A DNA stretch of 64,000 nt from the NCBI GenBank assembly GCA_030295235.1, contig AP026169.1:744001-808000 (forward strand). The letters are read 5' to 3'. Below the pieces are notes generated by a model, which was not told where the DNA came from, did no database searches, and saw only the letters and a list, made by a program, of their open reading frames with translations. The DNA is from Fistulifera solaris. Taxonomy: Eukaryota. A program made the translations under genes and the position numbers. This document shows, piece after piece, positions 37,329 to 49,708 of the stretch (position 1 is the stretch's first letter; every line of letters begins with the position of its first letter).

Positions 37329-37912
37329 AACGCTCGGCAACGTGCGGAAAAAGTGGGACATAATTAACTTTCTTAAACCAGTCGCACCGTGCCCTCAATG
37401 AACGTTGCAGCGACTTTACGACCTCGATTATCAATTGACGTGCAAACGGGCAATGAAAATTGCCGCATATCGGTGATCAGTTAATTGGAGTTAAGAAAAG
37501 ACCGACCGACAGAGCGGAACGGAATCATTTTCTATAATTTCGATAACTTTAGATATCGGCTCAGCCTTTCGTTGGCCGTTGGCTCCATCCAGAATGCTGT
37601 TTTTTACCGAATGGAAATCGAATTCAATAAACCCGATGTGCTTTTTAGATCCGTTGGCCAATGTTCCAGGCAAGCCAATAAAATAGGAGCTAATCGACTC
37701 CGTGTTTCGTTGCGACAGCGTGAGGCGTGAGGACAGAATACAAAGTGTACAGTATAACAAGTACTACGTACAGTACTTGTATTCAAAATAATATTTTGGC
37801 TCATTTTTTGCTAATACTATAGTATTTACATACTCCGTACTATCTACTACGTTTGAGAAATGGCAAAACAACCTTGTCAAATGCATTCGCTTTCACTTCC
37901 AAATGATGCAAG

Positions 37913-38640
37913 ATGAAAACCTTGTTAACAAATTTATGGTATTTCCAGTATTTCTCCTTTGTCACTGCCTTAGCGCCACAGATTCACATTCCCGACAGAG
38001 AACACTCGCGACGAACGTTCTTTGATGACAGTGCCTTTCGTTTGCTGGTTGGAGTTTCCTCTGGTTTAACTCCATTGCCAGCCGTCGCTCAAGAAAATGA
38101 ACTACCATTATCGCTACGAGATTTTTACGAAACGTGCTCCTTTGGGTTCTTTGCAGACGTTGTCTGCAAAAAACAAAACACAGAACTTGTTGTTGCCAGA
38201 AATTGCGAAACGACTGGAGAACGATTTGAGCAATGGGTCTACAGGTCAAGGTGGATATATCATCAGCGGAGATATCAGCACAGACCTGTTTCGGGAGGAC
38301 TGCACGTTTGTAGACCCAACAAACCGAGTCAAAAGTCTCAATCAATATCAGAATGCTCTCCGTATCTTGTTTGATCTGAAACGATCGACTGTGTCCATCC
38401 TCGACCCATTCACTGTCGATGAAGAGACACGGACTATTCGGGGCTGCTATCGGGGTCGTGGATATCTGCAACTGCCTTGGAACCCTTATGTATCGTCGTA
38501 AGAAGCGGCTATCACCTACAAAATTGATCCAGATGGATTGGTGGAAGAACAATCCTAGACGTGGTCAAAATCGGCCATTTGAGCGCTCCAGGAGACCTTC
38601 ATACCTAGTGTATTTTTCAGCACACCAACGAGCACTTTAG
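37913..38640 (+). CDS. DUF2358 (SnoaL/NTF2-like) protein with probable plastid/thylakoid presequence, frameshifted
   Basis: GYIISGDISTDLFREDCTFVDPTNRVKSLNQYQ..LQLPWNPYV; signal peptide and SRRTFF twin-Arg-like motif. Confidence 0.75.
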
Positions 38641-39549
38641 AGAAACCTGTGAATGAACCGTCTCTTTTCCATCCAACTTAAGTGATCGATGCAAACATCC
38701 CCACCAAGTTCGACCGGAATACAGCTTTTGTCAATATCGTATTTGCGCAAGGACTTTAAGACATCGGTATTGCTACCCGTATGAAAGGCCACACGCTTCT
38801 TGACACGTTCGGACATGAACAATTTGAGAATGGGCAAGACGAGTGCCGCAAACGCCGGTGGTTTACAGACATGATAGGCCGACAATTGGACGGGAATCGC
38901 TCCTTGCATACAGGGCAACATGATTTTGGACAATTTTTGATCAAACTGCAAAAAGGAGGCACGCGACGGATCCCCAATTACAATGACTCCATACTTTTGC
39001 GAATTCTTGTTTTCCAAGGCAGCGTGCACGACATACCACGAGGCTCGTGTGAGACTTCAGCGGTTATATTTTGATTGATCTTGCGTCGATGGGTCACTGA
39101 AAAGAATGGAACGACCTTTTGGATCGGTGACTCCCACCAGCAGGCGCAAGTAACCAATTTGCAGCGCCGTGCCATCTTCCAACAAGGCTTTGTCCAATGT
39201 CAATGGCTCAAAGGCTTTTTCGTCACCGAAAATTTCTACTCGTTTCTTCCAATAATTGAGATAATGAGTGACGGCATCGGTGACCCGAAAGACTTCCGAT
39301 CGCAGGAACATGAGTTCAAACTGGGCTGTCAACAATTCGGGACATTTTTCTTTGGCCATGATGTACTCCCTGATTCAAGGGTGTTTTCTGGGCCGCTCGT
39401 TCTGCCAATTACTCGGCAAACTGCGCCAACGTTTCTCGAATGAGTTGGGGCGTTTCTTTGGGATGAACTTGGCCATAATGATCCGGTTCGTTATCACTGT
39501 CGTCCGAAGAAATGGTGCAAGTGGAAGAGAGAGCCAGTGACTTTACCAT
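38637..39549 (-). CDS. CRAL-TRIO (Sec14-like) lipid-binding protein, frameshifted
   Basis: LMFLRSEVFRV..YWKKRVEIFG, DPKGRSI, AIPVQLSAYHVC, IPVELGG across three ORFs. Confidence 0.82.
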
Positions 39550-40816
39550 GATGCAAGGTAGGCAATTTGTTTTTCGAAATGGGGTTGGGGTTGTGGTTGT
39601 GATGGCAATACCAGTATCAGGTATCAATCGGAAGGATTGTGAGTTTTTGGCGCTTTGTGCCGACAACCGAAACTTTTTCTCACCTTTCCTTCTCGCTATC
39701 CCTTTTCACCCTACATGGTGATGCTGATGCGTGGCGCGATGATGTTGTGATGATGAGAAAGTGTGAACCAAACAGACATTTTGCTCAACGCATTCTTTGG
39801 CACCTCTGAGAACTTCTTGAACTTATCGCCTTTTGCTTTTCGCTACCAGTACAAAGTATACAAGTACCGGTACTCCGTAATCCGTAATTGTTTTGAAAAC
39901 AGTGCAGTCATTATCGGCATTCGTCATTCTCGTAACTAAGTCAAGTGTGACAGAGACAAATCCGACTGAATATCAGTCACGAGTTATTTCTATGATCTCC
40001 TGCGGCCAGCTGGGGTGGCTTACCGCGTCTTTCTGTAACAATATTCATCCAATTTTCCTCAACATTATGATTTATTTGTTCTGGCGCTACTTTCATGTTG
40101 AAATCTTTGTCAAGAAGCGACGATGATACAGCACGAGATCCGCTTAAAGCTGAATAGAGTTCAGAATCTCAGATATGATTTCTTTGAATTCAGATGTTCT
40201 GCCAATATTGCTCAAGCTGAACTTACCCCATATAAAACCATGCGAATAACGATTTTAAGACGAGCATTTTCCCGGAGAATGCTCCTCTATCTTTAATATA
40301 TTATAAACCCCAAGCCTGTCGCGAATTAATTTACGACCTTTTCGTAACAACAAGTTACGATAGTTGCCATTGCATTGATATAATACACTAGAGCTACAAT
40401 AATCTGCACAACCAAAGCACAGGGCCGTCAATTGGTGCGATAAACACGCAGTAAATGGTGGAATGCGCATGGTGACTCATGACTGAAACCAGTCGTGAGA
40501 AAAGGTCGCCTACACATTGGGCTAGAGTCAAGATTTACCAAACATCCATTTAGATTCATGAAACATCCTGTGATTCTTCCGTCCAATCCATTGCTGAAAT
40601 AACTGGTTTCCAAACCATCGAAATGTTGTCTTTTGGCTCATTTGAAATGGAAAAATTTACGGAATAGTCCCTATTCGTTTCGCCCCTTTTTGCACTATCT
40701 TCGAAAGTGTTGTCTGTTTTTTACCACGACTGTATTTCAGTCATGAGCATCTCTCGGTTCGAATAAAAGCGCGCTTTCACCAACGGACAATTAGCACGCG
40801 CGACGCCCTGCGGGTG

Positions 40817-40855
40817 CCCGCCAAACTTCCCGCCACAGTCGATTGCGCGCGCCAT
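40817..40855. promoter_or_regulatory. Cluster of E2F-like sites upstream of PCNA
   Basis: TTTGGCGGG (minus strand, 40817-40825), TTCCCGCC (40827-40834) and GCGCGCCA (~40847), about 250 bp before the PCNA ATG. Confidence 0.55.
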
Positions 40856-41088
40856 TTCGAATGGTTATGTACATCCGCGTAGAAATTGCTACCAGCATTG
40901 CCTCTGTAGGATTGTTGCGGTAACCTGCGTGCTACCGCCACAACAACCTAAACTCGTCCGCGTCTCATCTCTCCTCATTTTCCTTTCCTCTAGAGAGTGT
41001 GTTGCAAACAAGCACTCAACCATCTCTCTCTTCCATCAAATATTACATTAATTAATTACTTCCTTCTACACTTCCTCTCACAGATAAG

Positions 41089-41974
41089 ATGTTTGAAGCT
41101 CGCCTCGCTAACGGAAATATCTTCAAAATGATTGTGGAATCGATCCGCGAACTGGTCGTCGATGTCAACATTGATTGCTCGACGGAAGAGCTTTCGATTC
41201 AATGCATGGACTCGGCTCACGTTGCTTTGGTTTCTATGAGCTTGTCACAGAGTGCTTTTGATCACTTTCGATGCGATAGGTCTCTTTCGCTCGGCTTGAA
41301 CTTGCCGAATGTCTCCAAGATCTTCAAAATGATGGGTCGTGACGATACGATGGTCCTCAAGGCGGAAGATAGTGCCGACAAGCTCATGCTCATGTTTGAG
41401 AATGATAAATCAGGAACCATTGCGGATTTCGGTGAGTCTAAATTGAGTTTGTTTGATTAATTTGTTATGGTGTTTTACGTACTTACTTACTTACTCTTTC
41501 ACTTCCTGTCTATCTCTCTCTCTCTCTACAGAACTCAAACTCATGGCCATTGAAGCCGAACAACTCGGTGTCCCCGATACGGCTTACAAATGCAGCATTT
41601 CCATGCCTTCTTCGGAATTCCAGCGCATTGTACGTGATCTACAAGTCATGGGGGATACTTGCAAGATCTCGTGCACCAAAGAAGGTTTGAAATTTTCCGC
41701 CACGGGTCAAATTGGTACAGGCAATATCTTGATGCGTCAAAATGTCGCGTCCGAGAAAGAAGAGGACCACGTCACGATTGATATGGAAGAGCCCGTCGAA
41801 CTCAATTTCGCGTTGCGGTATTTGAATTTCTTCACCAAAGCGACGCCCTTGTCGCCGACGGTCATTCTCAAAATGAGTCCAGGTTTGCCCATTGTTATTG
41901 AGTATCCCATTGAGCAATTGGGTCATGTCAAGTACTATTTGGCGCCAAAGATGGAAGAAGATGAAGAAGAGTAA
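41089..41974 (+). CDS. PCNA: Proliferating cell nuclear antigen; intron 41432-41531
   Basis: MFEARL, QCMDSAHVALV, MPSSEFQRIVRDL, FALRYLNFFTKATPLS, YYLAPK. Splice joins DF-E-LKLM in frame. Confidence 0.98.
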
Positions 41975-42083
41975 ATGGAAAACGCAAGGGAATAAAGATT
42001 CACAGGATAATTGCTGTGTTGGAAAATTATAATCATTATTTAACGCCATATCATTCGTTTCAATTAAAGTCTAGGTATTCCGC

Positions 42084-43184
42084 TCACTCTCGCGAAGGAG
42101 TCTCCAATCCATGTTGCGCGGTATGACAAATGGAATCCCATATGGTTTGGGGAATAGGTAAAACACCCGCTGCTTGGCGTTCTTGTGCTGTTTTCACGGA
42201 ACGTTCTCCCGGAATACGGACATGATCGCCCGATGCTTGCACAGAACGAAGAATCGAGGCACTCTTTTCCTCAAAATCATCCACAAACGCGTGAGGATTA
42301 ATGGCAATGAATGTATGTCCCCATGATTGTGCCATCTTTTTCGATTCCACTTGTCCCAAGACCGCCGCACCCGACAGGGCTCCCGCCAATAGTTCGACAC
42401 ACAACGATAGTCCCAATCCCTTGTGTCCACCAAAGGTAGCAATGGCCCCTCCATTCATGACTTGCTGTGCATCCGTAGTAAATTTTCCTTGCGCATCATA
42501 GGCTACTTGAGGGGGTAAGGGTTCTCCTTTGGCTTGCGCACTCAATACACCAAACAACGCAATCGCCGAAGTGGCCATATCAAACGTATACGGCACATTC
42601 CCGGCCCGAGGAATCCCAATCGCCAACGGATTGGTCCCAAACACTGGTTTCGCTCCCGGCGCAGCGGCTACGAATTCGGGAGAATTACACAAGGCCACCC
42701 CGATACATCCCTTTTGGGCCATGCGATGGACATAATACGCCAACTGTCCCGAACTCGTACACGAATTGTACGCACACACCATGGCAATACTGTGGTTGTT
42801 TTCCTGAACTTTTTGGACGGCCAAATCGGCCGCTGTAACGGCCGCCAACATTCCCGGTGCTTTATTGGCATTGATGACGGCCGAAATGGGCGTTTCTCGT
42901 TCTATAGTAGGAATGCCCGCACCCGGAGCCGGCGCCATTTGTTTGGGTTGATACATTTTGACGAGTCCTTGATTGTTGCCACACAATTCTGCAGCGATCA
43001 TAATATCGGCCTGTAACGCGGCATCTTTCTCATTCCAACCAATCTGTTGCAAAGCTCGTGCTGTCGTTGTGTGGGCCTCTGCAATGGGGATTTGTACCAT
43101 CGTTGTTGACGATCGGGTGTTGCTTTGAGTCGAAAAGGAACGGCAAATGTGACGACACGCTCGGGTGATAATCATTCCGTGCAT
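42084..43184 (-). CDS. Ldh_2 family (malate/L-lactate/L-sulfolactate dehydrogenase, ComC/AllD-like); exact start uncertain
   Basis: PVFGTNPLAIGIP, FDMATSAIA, FGGHKGLGLSLCVELLAGAL, VRIPGE; putative mitochondrial presequence (CRSFST). Confidence 0.88.
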   Translation of the reverse strand: MHGMIITRACRHICRSFSTQSNTRSSTTMVQIPIAEAHTTTARALQQIGWNEKDAALQADIMIAAELCGNNQGLVKMYQPKQMAPAPGAGIPTIERETPISAVINANKAPGMLAAVTAADLAVQKVQENNHSIAMVCAYNSCTSSGQLAYYVHRMAQKGCIGVALCNSPEFVAAAPGAKPVFGTNPLAIGIPRAGNVPYTFDMATSAIALFGVLSAQAKGEPLPPQVAYDAQGKFTTDAQQVMNGGAIATFGGHKGLGLSLCVELLAGALSGAAVLGQVESKKMAQSWGHTFIAINPHAFVDDFEEKSASILRSVQASGDHVRIPGERSVKTAQERQAAGVLPIPQTIWDSICHTAQHGLETPSRE

Positions 43185-43370
43185 TAGTAGTAATTAATAA
43201 TAATAGGACTAAATCAAAATATACCTGGTAATGCACCGGAGAAGCAAGCAAGAAAGAAAGAAAGAAAGAAAGAAAAGACAGAACAAGGAAACGTAAGAAT
43301 GAAAGAAAGAAGCATACTCTACCTGGAACATCGATTGCTACTGGAAAACGATACATCAGGACATGTGATG

Positions 43371-43819
43371 TTCTCACATGTCCAGAAAATCTGGGAGTGT
43401 ATCGTTTTCACATCTCCAGAAAATCTGGGAGTGTACCTTTTTCACATGTCCAGAAAATCTGGAAGTGTATCGTTTTCACATGTCCAGAAAATCTGGGAGT
43501 GTATCGTTTTCACATGTCCAGAAAATCTGGGAGTGTATCGTTTTCACATGTCCAGAAAATCGGGGAGTGTATCGTTTTCACATGTCCAGAAAATCTGGGA
43601 GTGTACCGTTTTCACATGTCCAGAAAATCTGGGAGTGTATCGTTTTCACATCTCCAGAAAATCTGGGAGTGTATCGTTTTCACATGTCCAGAAAATCGGG
43701 GAGTGTATCGTTTTCACATGTCCAGAAAATCGGGGAGTGTATCGTTTTCACATGTCCAGAAAATCTGGGAGTGTACCGTTTTCACATGTCCAGAAAATCT
43801 GGGAGTGTATCGTTTTCAC
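43371..43819. repeat. 34-bp minisatellite, ~13 copies
   Basis: Unit TTTTCACATGTCCAGAAAATCTGGGAGTGTATCG repeated head-to-tail with few substitutions and no spacers. Confidence 0.97.
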
Positions 43820-43990
43820 GTTTTCGCCGCTCACACTCACACAGGCCTGCACGGCGCACGGCCGGCGCCTGCCGCACAAACTAAAAAAAATCATACTCTG
43901 TATAACTTATCTTCCATTTCAGTTTTCTGCTACATACAGAAAGCAATTAATCATAATAAATACAATACAATACAATAAAATAGATGTCAA

Positions 43991-45627
43991 ATGCTAACAA
44001 TACAACAAGCACAGCGTCTGTTGCGGACAGGAGCCATTTCCAGTGAACAATTGGTTCTGTTTTGCGTCACCCGCGCCGCTACTATTTCCGATGCTTGGGA
44101 ACGACGCATCGATACACACACTTTACTCGAACAGGCACGACAATCGGATTTCCGTCGTGCGCAAAACAAATTACTGTCACCATTGGATGGGATTCCGTTC
44201 TCAGTAAAAGCCAATTTGGCGGTTGCCTCATTACCCTTGACGGCGGGGAGTGCCATTTTAGAAACAAATGCGTGTGTTGGCTATCATGCACAAGTTGTTG
44301 ACGCCTTACTGCAATCGGGGGCAGTGTTGATGGGAACGACTACTATGGATGAGTTTGGAATGGGAAGTTTAGGAATCAATCGTCCTAAAAGTAAAACTAC
44401 AACGAGTAGAACGAAAAATCCTATCTCTGGATGGCATCGCCACACAAAACGGTTTTCCGATGAAGAAATGATCAAAATGATTCTCCATTCTCCTGAGACG
44501 ATCAATACACGTCTACAACAGGACGACGAAAGCAATGTCATTTTTACAGTCCTGGAGGATCGTCGAGTGGCAGTGCGGTGACCGTCGCTCAACAAGCCGC
44601 ACTGTTCTCCCTCGGCAGTGACACGGGAGGATCGGTGCGTCTTCCCGCCGCCTGGTGTGCCGTTGCGGGCTTGAAACCGACCTATGGATGCTTGTCACGG
44701 GATGGATTAGTGGCGTACGCGAGTTCGCTGGATACAGTAGGGATCTTGGCGCCGACGGTGTCGTGTCTATCCGTTGTATGGAGAGAATTGTTGCAACAGC
44801 AATTACGACAACCGCGACAGGATTCGACTTTGCGGCCATTTCAACACAATTCTATTCAGACATATTCATCGGCTTCTACACGACAAAAGCTACTGGAACG
44901 TGTAAAAGTGGCAGTGCCGACAGCCTTCGTGATCAAAGAAATGTCACAACCAGTCCGCGACAATTGGAAAAATGCTGCACGGCGATTGGAAGAAATGGGC
45001 GCTACCGTAGATGTCATTGACACAATCTCACCGCAAGTATTGCAGCAAGCATTGGCTGCCTATTACGTTTTGGCGTGTGCGGAAGCCACGTCGAATCTTG
45101 GTCGCTACGACGGGTTTCGTTACGGTTCAACGGCCGACTGCGATCGGACGAATGCAGTAAGAGACATTGACCAGCCACAAAGTAAATTCTCTTTGTTAGA
45201 GCAACAATACGCCCAGACTCGGACCCGAGGTTTCGGTAGCGAAGTCATTCGACGCATATTGTGCGGAACATCGGTCTTGTCGTCGGATCATTATCACACA
45301 CATTACGAAGCTGCTGCGAAATTGCGTGCCGTTTTGGCCCAACAAATGCGGGACGTTCTGGAACAATACGATTTACTTTTGGTTCCCACTACATTCAACA
45401 TGCCACCACGCATCGATGAGGCGAACTCCATTGATTCTACCGCCATGATGGCGAATGATATTATGACCGTACCGGCTAGTTTGGGAGGCTTCCCAGCATT
45501 ATCGATACCTTACGGTCATTGGGAGCGTGCACCGTTCGCCATGAGTATGCAATTGGTGGCGGCGCAACAGGATGAACAAAAGCTCTTTCGAGTGGCTGAA
45601 GCTCTGCAAGATTATGCTGTAGATTAG
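43991..45627 (+). CDS. gatA: Glutamyl-tRNA(Gln) amidotransferase subunit A (organellar), frameshift ~44545
   Basis: PLDGIPFSVK, MDEFGMGS, PGGSSSGSA (shifted frame), LGSDTGGSVRLPA, GLKPTYG, SNLGRYDGFRYG, GFGSEVIRRIL. Confidence 0.9.
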
Positions 45628-46515
45628 TGAACTCAAGGGGAGCATATGATTATTTCAAGGGTACAATACTACTCGCCAACAGCTAACGAGACATGGTTCG
45701 TCAGCGGTAAGGAAAAGATAAGCATCGTTTCCTTCGCTGTTCTCAATGTCAAAATAAGGCAACACTTTGTTACTTCCGTGGCGGGAAGACATCGACTACA
45801 GACCAAAGCGACTCGCCGATATCAACAACAATGTAATTCTACTACGTAAAAAACACCATGGAAAATTTTCCATCCCGAGGAAATTCAAATCTTACATCTT
45901 ACGATTTATGCGTGCTTTGATGTTGCAAACTTAAGATTCTAACGATGTAGCCGGAGCTACACCAACAGACAGCAATTTCCCCTACGGGGTCTACGTCAAA
46001 CTCACGTACACATTCGCAACGTCGCATCTGTTGTCTTTTTCAAGATTGGTGTTTCAATTAATGTCGATGAACATTTATTGGCTCGAAAGAACCATCACAC
46101 CGGTAAATCGTTTCCTTCATAAACCTTACAGGCGTTAGCAACATTCGCAATTCATCATTCATCATTCGTCAACCGTCAACCTAAGGCGCGTCTGGCCATC
46201 GCTGGCAATGGAACGGTTCGTTCGGAAATTCCAGCAATGCTCCCTCCAATGAATAACCGTAGAATAACGCTGCATTGTCACACGATTGCTCCTTCTACTG
46301 CTTTTCCTATACAAAGCACCGCATTGTGGAGCACCTCAACGAGCCGGGCAATCCTTGCGGACGAAAAAAGCACCTCAACGGACCTCTTGGGGGTGCACCT
46401 TTCATGAATTGGAACGCAACTCTCCTTCCCCGCAAAAATTAATTATTCAACATAACGAACGAACGCAACCCACCCGCACGAGACACTAGTCACAGTTATT
46501 ATCAGCAATACAAGA

Positions 46516-48798
46516 ATGACCATGGACGCTCCTGCTGATCCTCCCGCGTTCCTTCCTCCTCGTTATCCTGGTGAAGATTTTGTACCCGGACAATTTCGGG
46601 ACGCGTATCCTTCGACAACGCCATCAGAGCCCGAAGAATACTATGCGGACGCTTCTCGTCTCAATGCATCGTTACTAGTCGACGACGACGACGACGACGA
46701 CGACACGAATCTTTCTTCGTTAGAACTACAACAAGAAGGAGGAGGACATTCGTTGCCCACCGCCGAGGAAGTTCGTAACGCCAACGCGATGGAGAATAAT
46801 CCGTACAGCGGACGCCGGAAACGAATGTGGGCTTTGCTAGCACTCGGTCTCCTTGTGTTGACGCTTATTATTGCCGTAAGTGTAGCGGTTCCCCGACAGA
46901 AAGAGAGTAAATCTGTATCCGGTTCTTCGAGTGCCTTGGATGGTGTTGACGGAGGAAACTCCGCCGGCGGTAATCAAGGAACCACTGATCCTTTACGCAA
47001 CCCAAATGCGGCTCTACAAGTCGGTGTTTCTCGATACCAACAAGTGACCGAGTATATCGCATCACGGGGTATCACTGGGGCAGATAAATATGCCGATAAG
47101 GAAGGACCGCAACACCGAGCGGCGCTCTGGATTGCCGATTACGATCCCTTGCAACTGGCGATTCCCGAGACGGGCAATTACGAATTTGAGCAACGTTATA
47201 TCTTGGCGACATTCTATTATGCACTCGATGGTCCGAATTGGCGTTCGGATCTCAAGTTCTTGTCGGGATCGTCGGTTTGTGACTGGAATTTGCCCTTTGA
47301 CTTGGTGAATGAATTAGGAAAACAAAGCACATGGGACCAAGGTATTACTTGTGGAGATAGTAAACATGCCGAAATTCTTTTCATTGGTAAGTACTTTCCT
47401 ATTTGCGAACGGATTGGATCGCTTGAGGGGTAATCTCATGGTGGCTTCATGATACCTTGTACTCTATTCGCAGCGGGCAATGGACTATCGGGTGAACTAC
47501 CTCCGGAATTGGGTTTCCTTTCGACACTATGGCATCTCAGCTTGTATGATAATGATTTGAGCGGAGCACTTCCCTCGGAAATGCAGCACTTGACAAAACT
47601 ATGGTTCGTCGGCTTGGAAGAAAACAATTTGGAAGGACCCATTCCGTCGTGGATCAACAAATGGACGGATCTAGAATTCTTGGCACTCGGTACCAACTGG
47701 TTTAGCGGTAGTCTTCCGTCTCTTGCTGGACTGACCAAATTGAAAGAAATTTCATTTTACGAAAACGAATTGACAGGATCGATCGACTCGTTGAACCAAG
47801 CAACATCCCTCACGGCTATTTTTGCCAATACGAATAGCTTCAACGGTCGCCTTCATTCGACGACATTGGCCAACCTCAAGAAGCTGCAAACACTTGATCT
47901 GAGCGACAACGATCTTACTGGTTATTTCCCGGAGCACTTTTATGGGATTAAAAATGTCGTACTCGCCGAAAATCAGTTGACTGGCCAGCTTCCAGATGTC
48001 ACTACAACTGGTCTACCAATCGAAGTGCTCTCACTGCACAACAATGGTATTTCTGGAGATGTCCCGGCCAAAATTGGACTTCTGTCGAATCTGATTCATT
48101 TGGATCTTTCCCACAATCTCTTGGATGGGGAAGTCTTTGATTCGGTCAACGGATTGACGAAACTGCAATTCTTGCTCCTCTCGCACAATCCGTTAACGCC
48201 AGGTCGCATTCCTGTCATGTCCTCGCTCAAATTTTTACAGGATCTAAGTTTGGGCAACACCAACCGCTCTGGCCCTATTCCTACCGGAATGGGCACCCTG
48301 ACGAGCTTGCGTCTCCTAGATTTGCACGGAAACCAGCTCACTGGAGCAATCCCCACTCAGCTTGCCACAATTCCCAATCTTCGCTTTTTGTCGCTCAATC
48401 GCAACTCACTGACAGGAGGTGTGCCAGATGAATTGGCTGCATTGACCGACCTTTGTAAGTATCTCGTTGTTGAGCCAACCATGCTTTTTCCTAGAATCTT
48501 CTCTGACCACCTTGTTACTCTCTTTGTCTTCTCTTCTCCGTCTATAGACACCTTCTACATGGATCATAATAACATCACTGGCAATGTGGGCGAAATTTGC
48601 TTGAATGGAGGATCCGATAACTTAAAGATGTTTGTCACCGATTGCGAGGTCGAGTGCCCTTGCTGTAATGAGGGCACTTGCTGCGCTGAGTTCGACGATG
48701 CGTGCAATAAAGAAGAGCTTCTGACTAAGTTTCGAAAAGAATATGTCAGGGTCGAGTTTATATTCAACGAGAATGTAGCCTTGAACACGACCGTTTAA
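46516..48798 (+). CDS. Membrane-anchored leucine-rich-repeat protein (plant-type LRR); introns 47387-47473 and 48455-48547
   Basis: N-terminal TM helix, PQHRAALWI..EQRYILATFYY..W..CDW cap, many LxLxxNxLxGxIP repeats, C-terminal DC..VECPCC. Both splices are in frame. Confidence 0.92.
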
Positions 48799-49708
48799 CT
48801 TGCACACATCATTATTTCATTTCGCTCCACACCCCCCACCGAAACGTTCCGCAAACATAGCAATAACTGTATCGTATATAATAATGAGCACAGTTGTGCT
48901 TCAAAAGACTGTACATTATGGTGTTAGGCTCATGAAGTCAGAGGCCAAATACGGTTATGGAAAACATTCAAGGACGACAGACGGTGTGAAAGTGCAACAA
49001 GCCGGAAAATCGTACGAAGGTCATTGAGGGGATGGTTCAAAATGAGATTTTCGTTGCAAGTACGTCCATCTAGACAACTATATTGCAAGAAATTAGTGGA
49101 ACCGACTGAAGATGCCTCGCAAACATGACAACTGACGGAACGTTTAAGGAAAGCAACCTCGCATGGCGTACGTTTGGGAAATGTCGAACTGTAACGACGT
49201 TCAAATTATTGCTTTCAGTACTGATGCAATAGATCTAGCGTGGACAGGCTTGACCTGTGGACTGTGGACACTGTGTGAAGAGGGTGTTGAATGTAAACGT
49301 TATTCTTGCCATGACTGAAATTCAGTCGTAACGGTTGTTATCTCGGCTACGGTACCCGCTAGACAATGTATGATACTAAAAAATCTATTTAGGTTTTTGT
49401 ATACCACTATGATTTATTATGTGTACAATACTTTCAATAATGACGTAGGCGCATCAACACAAGGAGAAAGAACAAAACAAAATCAACGTAATAAGTAATA
49501 ACACCATCTTGAAGAAGTCATCATTGTCAATCATCGATGTTTCAAATACTTAGCAAAAACAAAAGAACTGCAACGATAAGACTCAAATCAATGATCTAGT
49601 GGCCGACATTGCTGAACAAGGAACGATTGATATGGTGTAGACGTAAAGCACATAATGGCAACAAGTAGTCCTTGAAGATGTTTTCCTTAACAGAGTTACG
49701 TCTCAAGT

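Larger units (their letters stand above)
33890..37394. mobile_element. Candidate tRNA-associated HNH/AP2 selfish element bounded by a direct repeat of tRNA 5' part + upstream motifs
   Basis: Endonuclease gene lies between two same-orientation tRNA-Arg-like sequences with shared flanking motifs. No transposase, RT or integrase seen, so boundaries and mobility are inference. Confidence 0.4.

Noticed and set aside
43371..43819. CRISPR array (34-bp repeat with internal palindrome)
   Set aside because: Units are contiguous with no unique spacers, there are no cas genes, and the context is eukaryotic. It is a minisatellite.
43299..43997. ORFs of 168-232 aa over the minisatellite
   Set aside because: They are open only because the repeat unit lacks stop codons; the translations simply cycle through the three frames.
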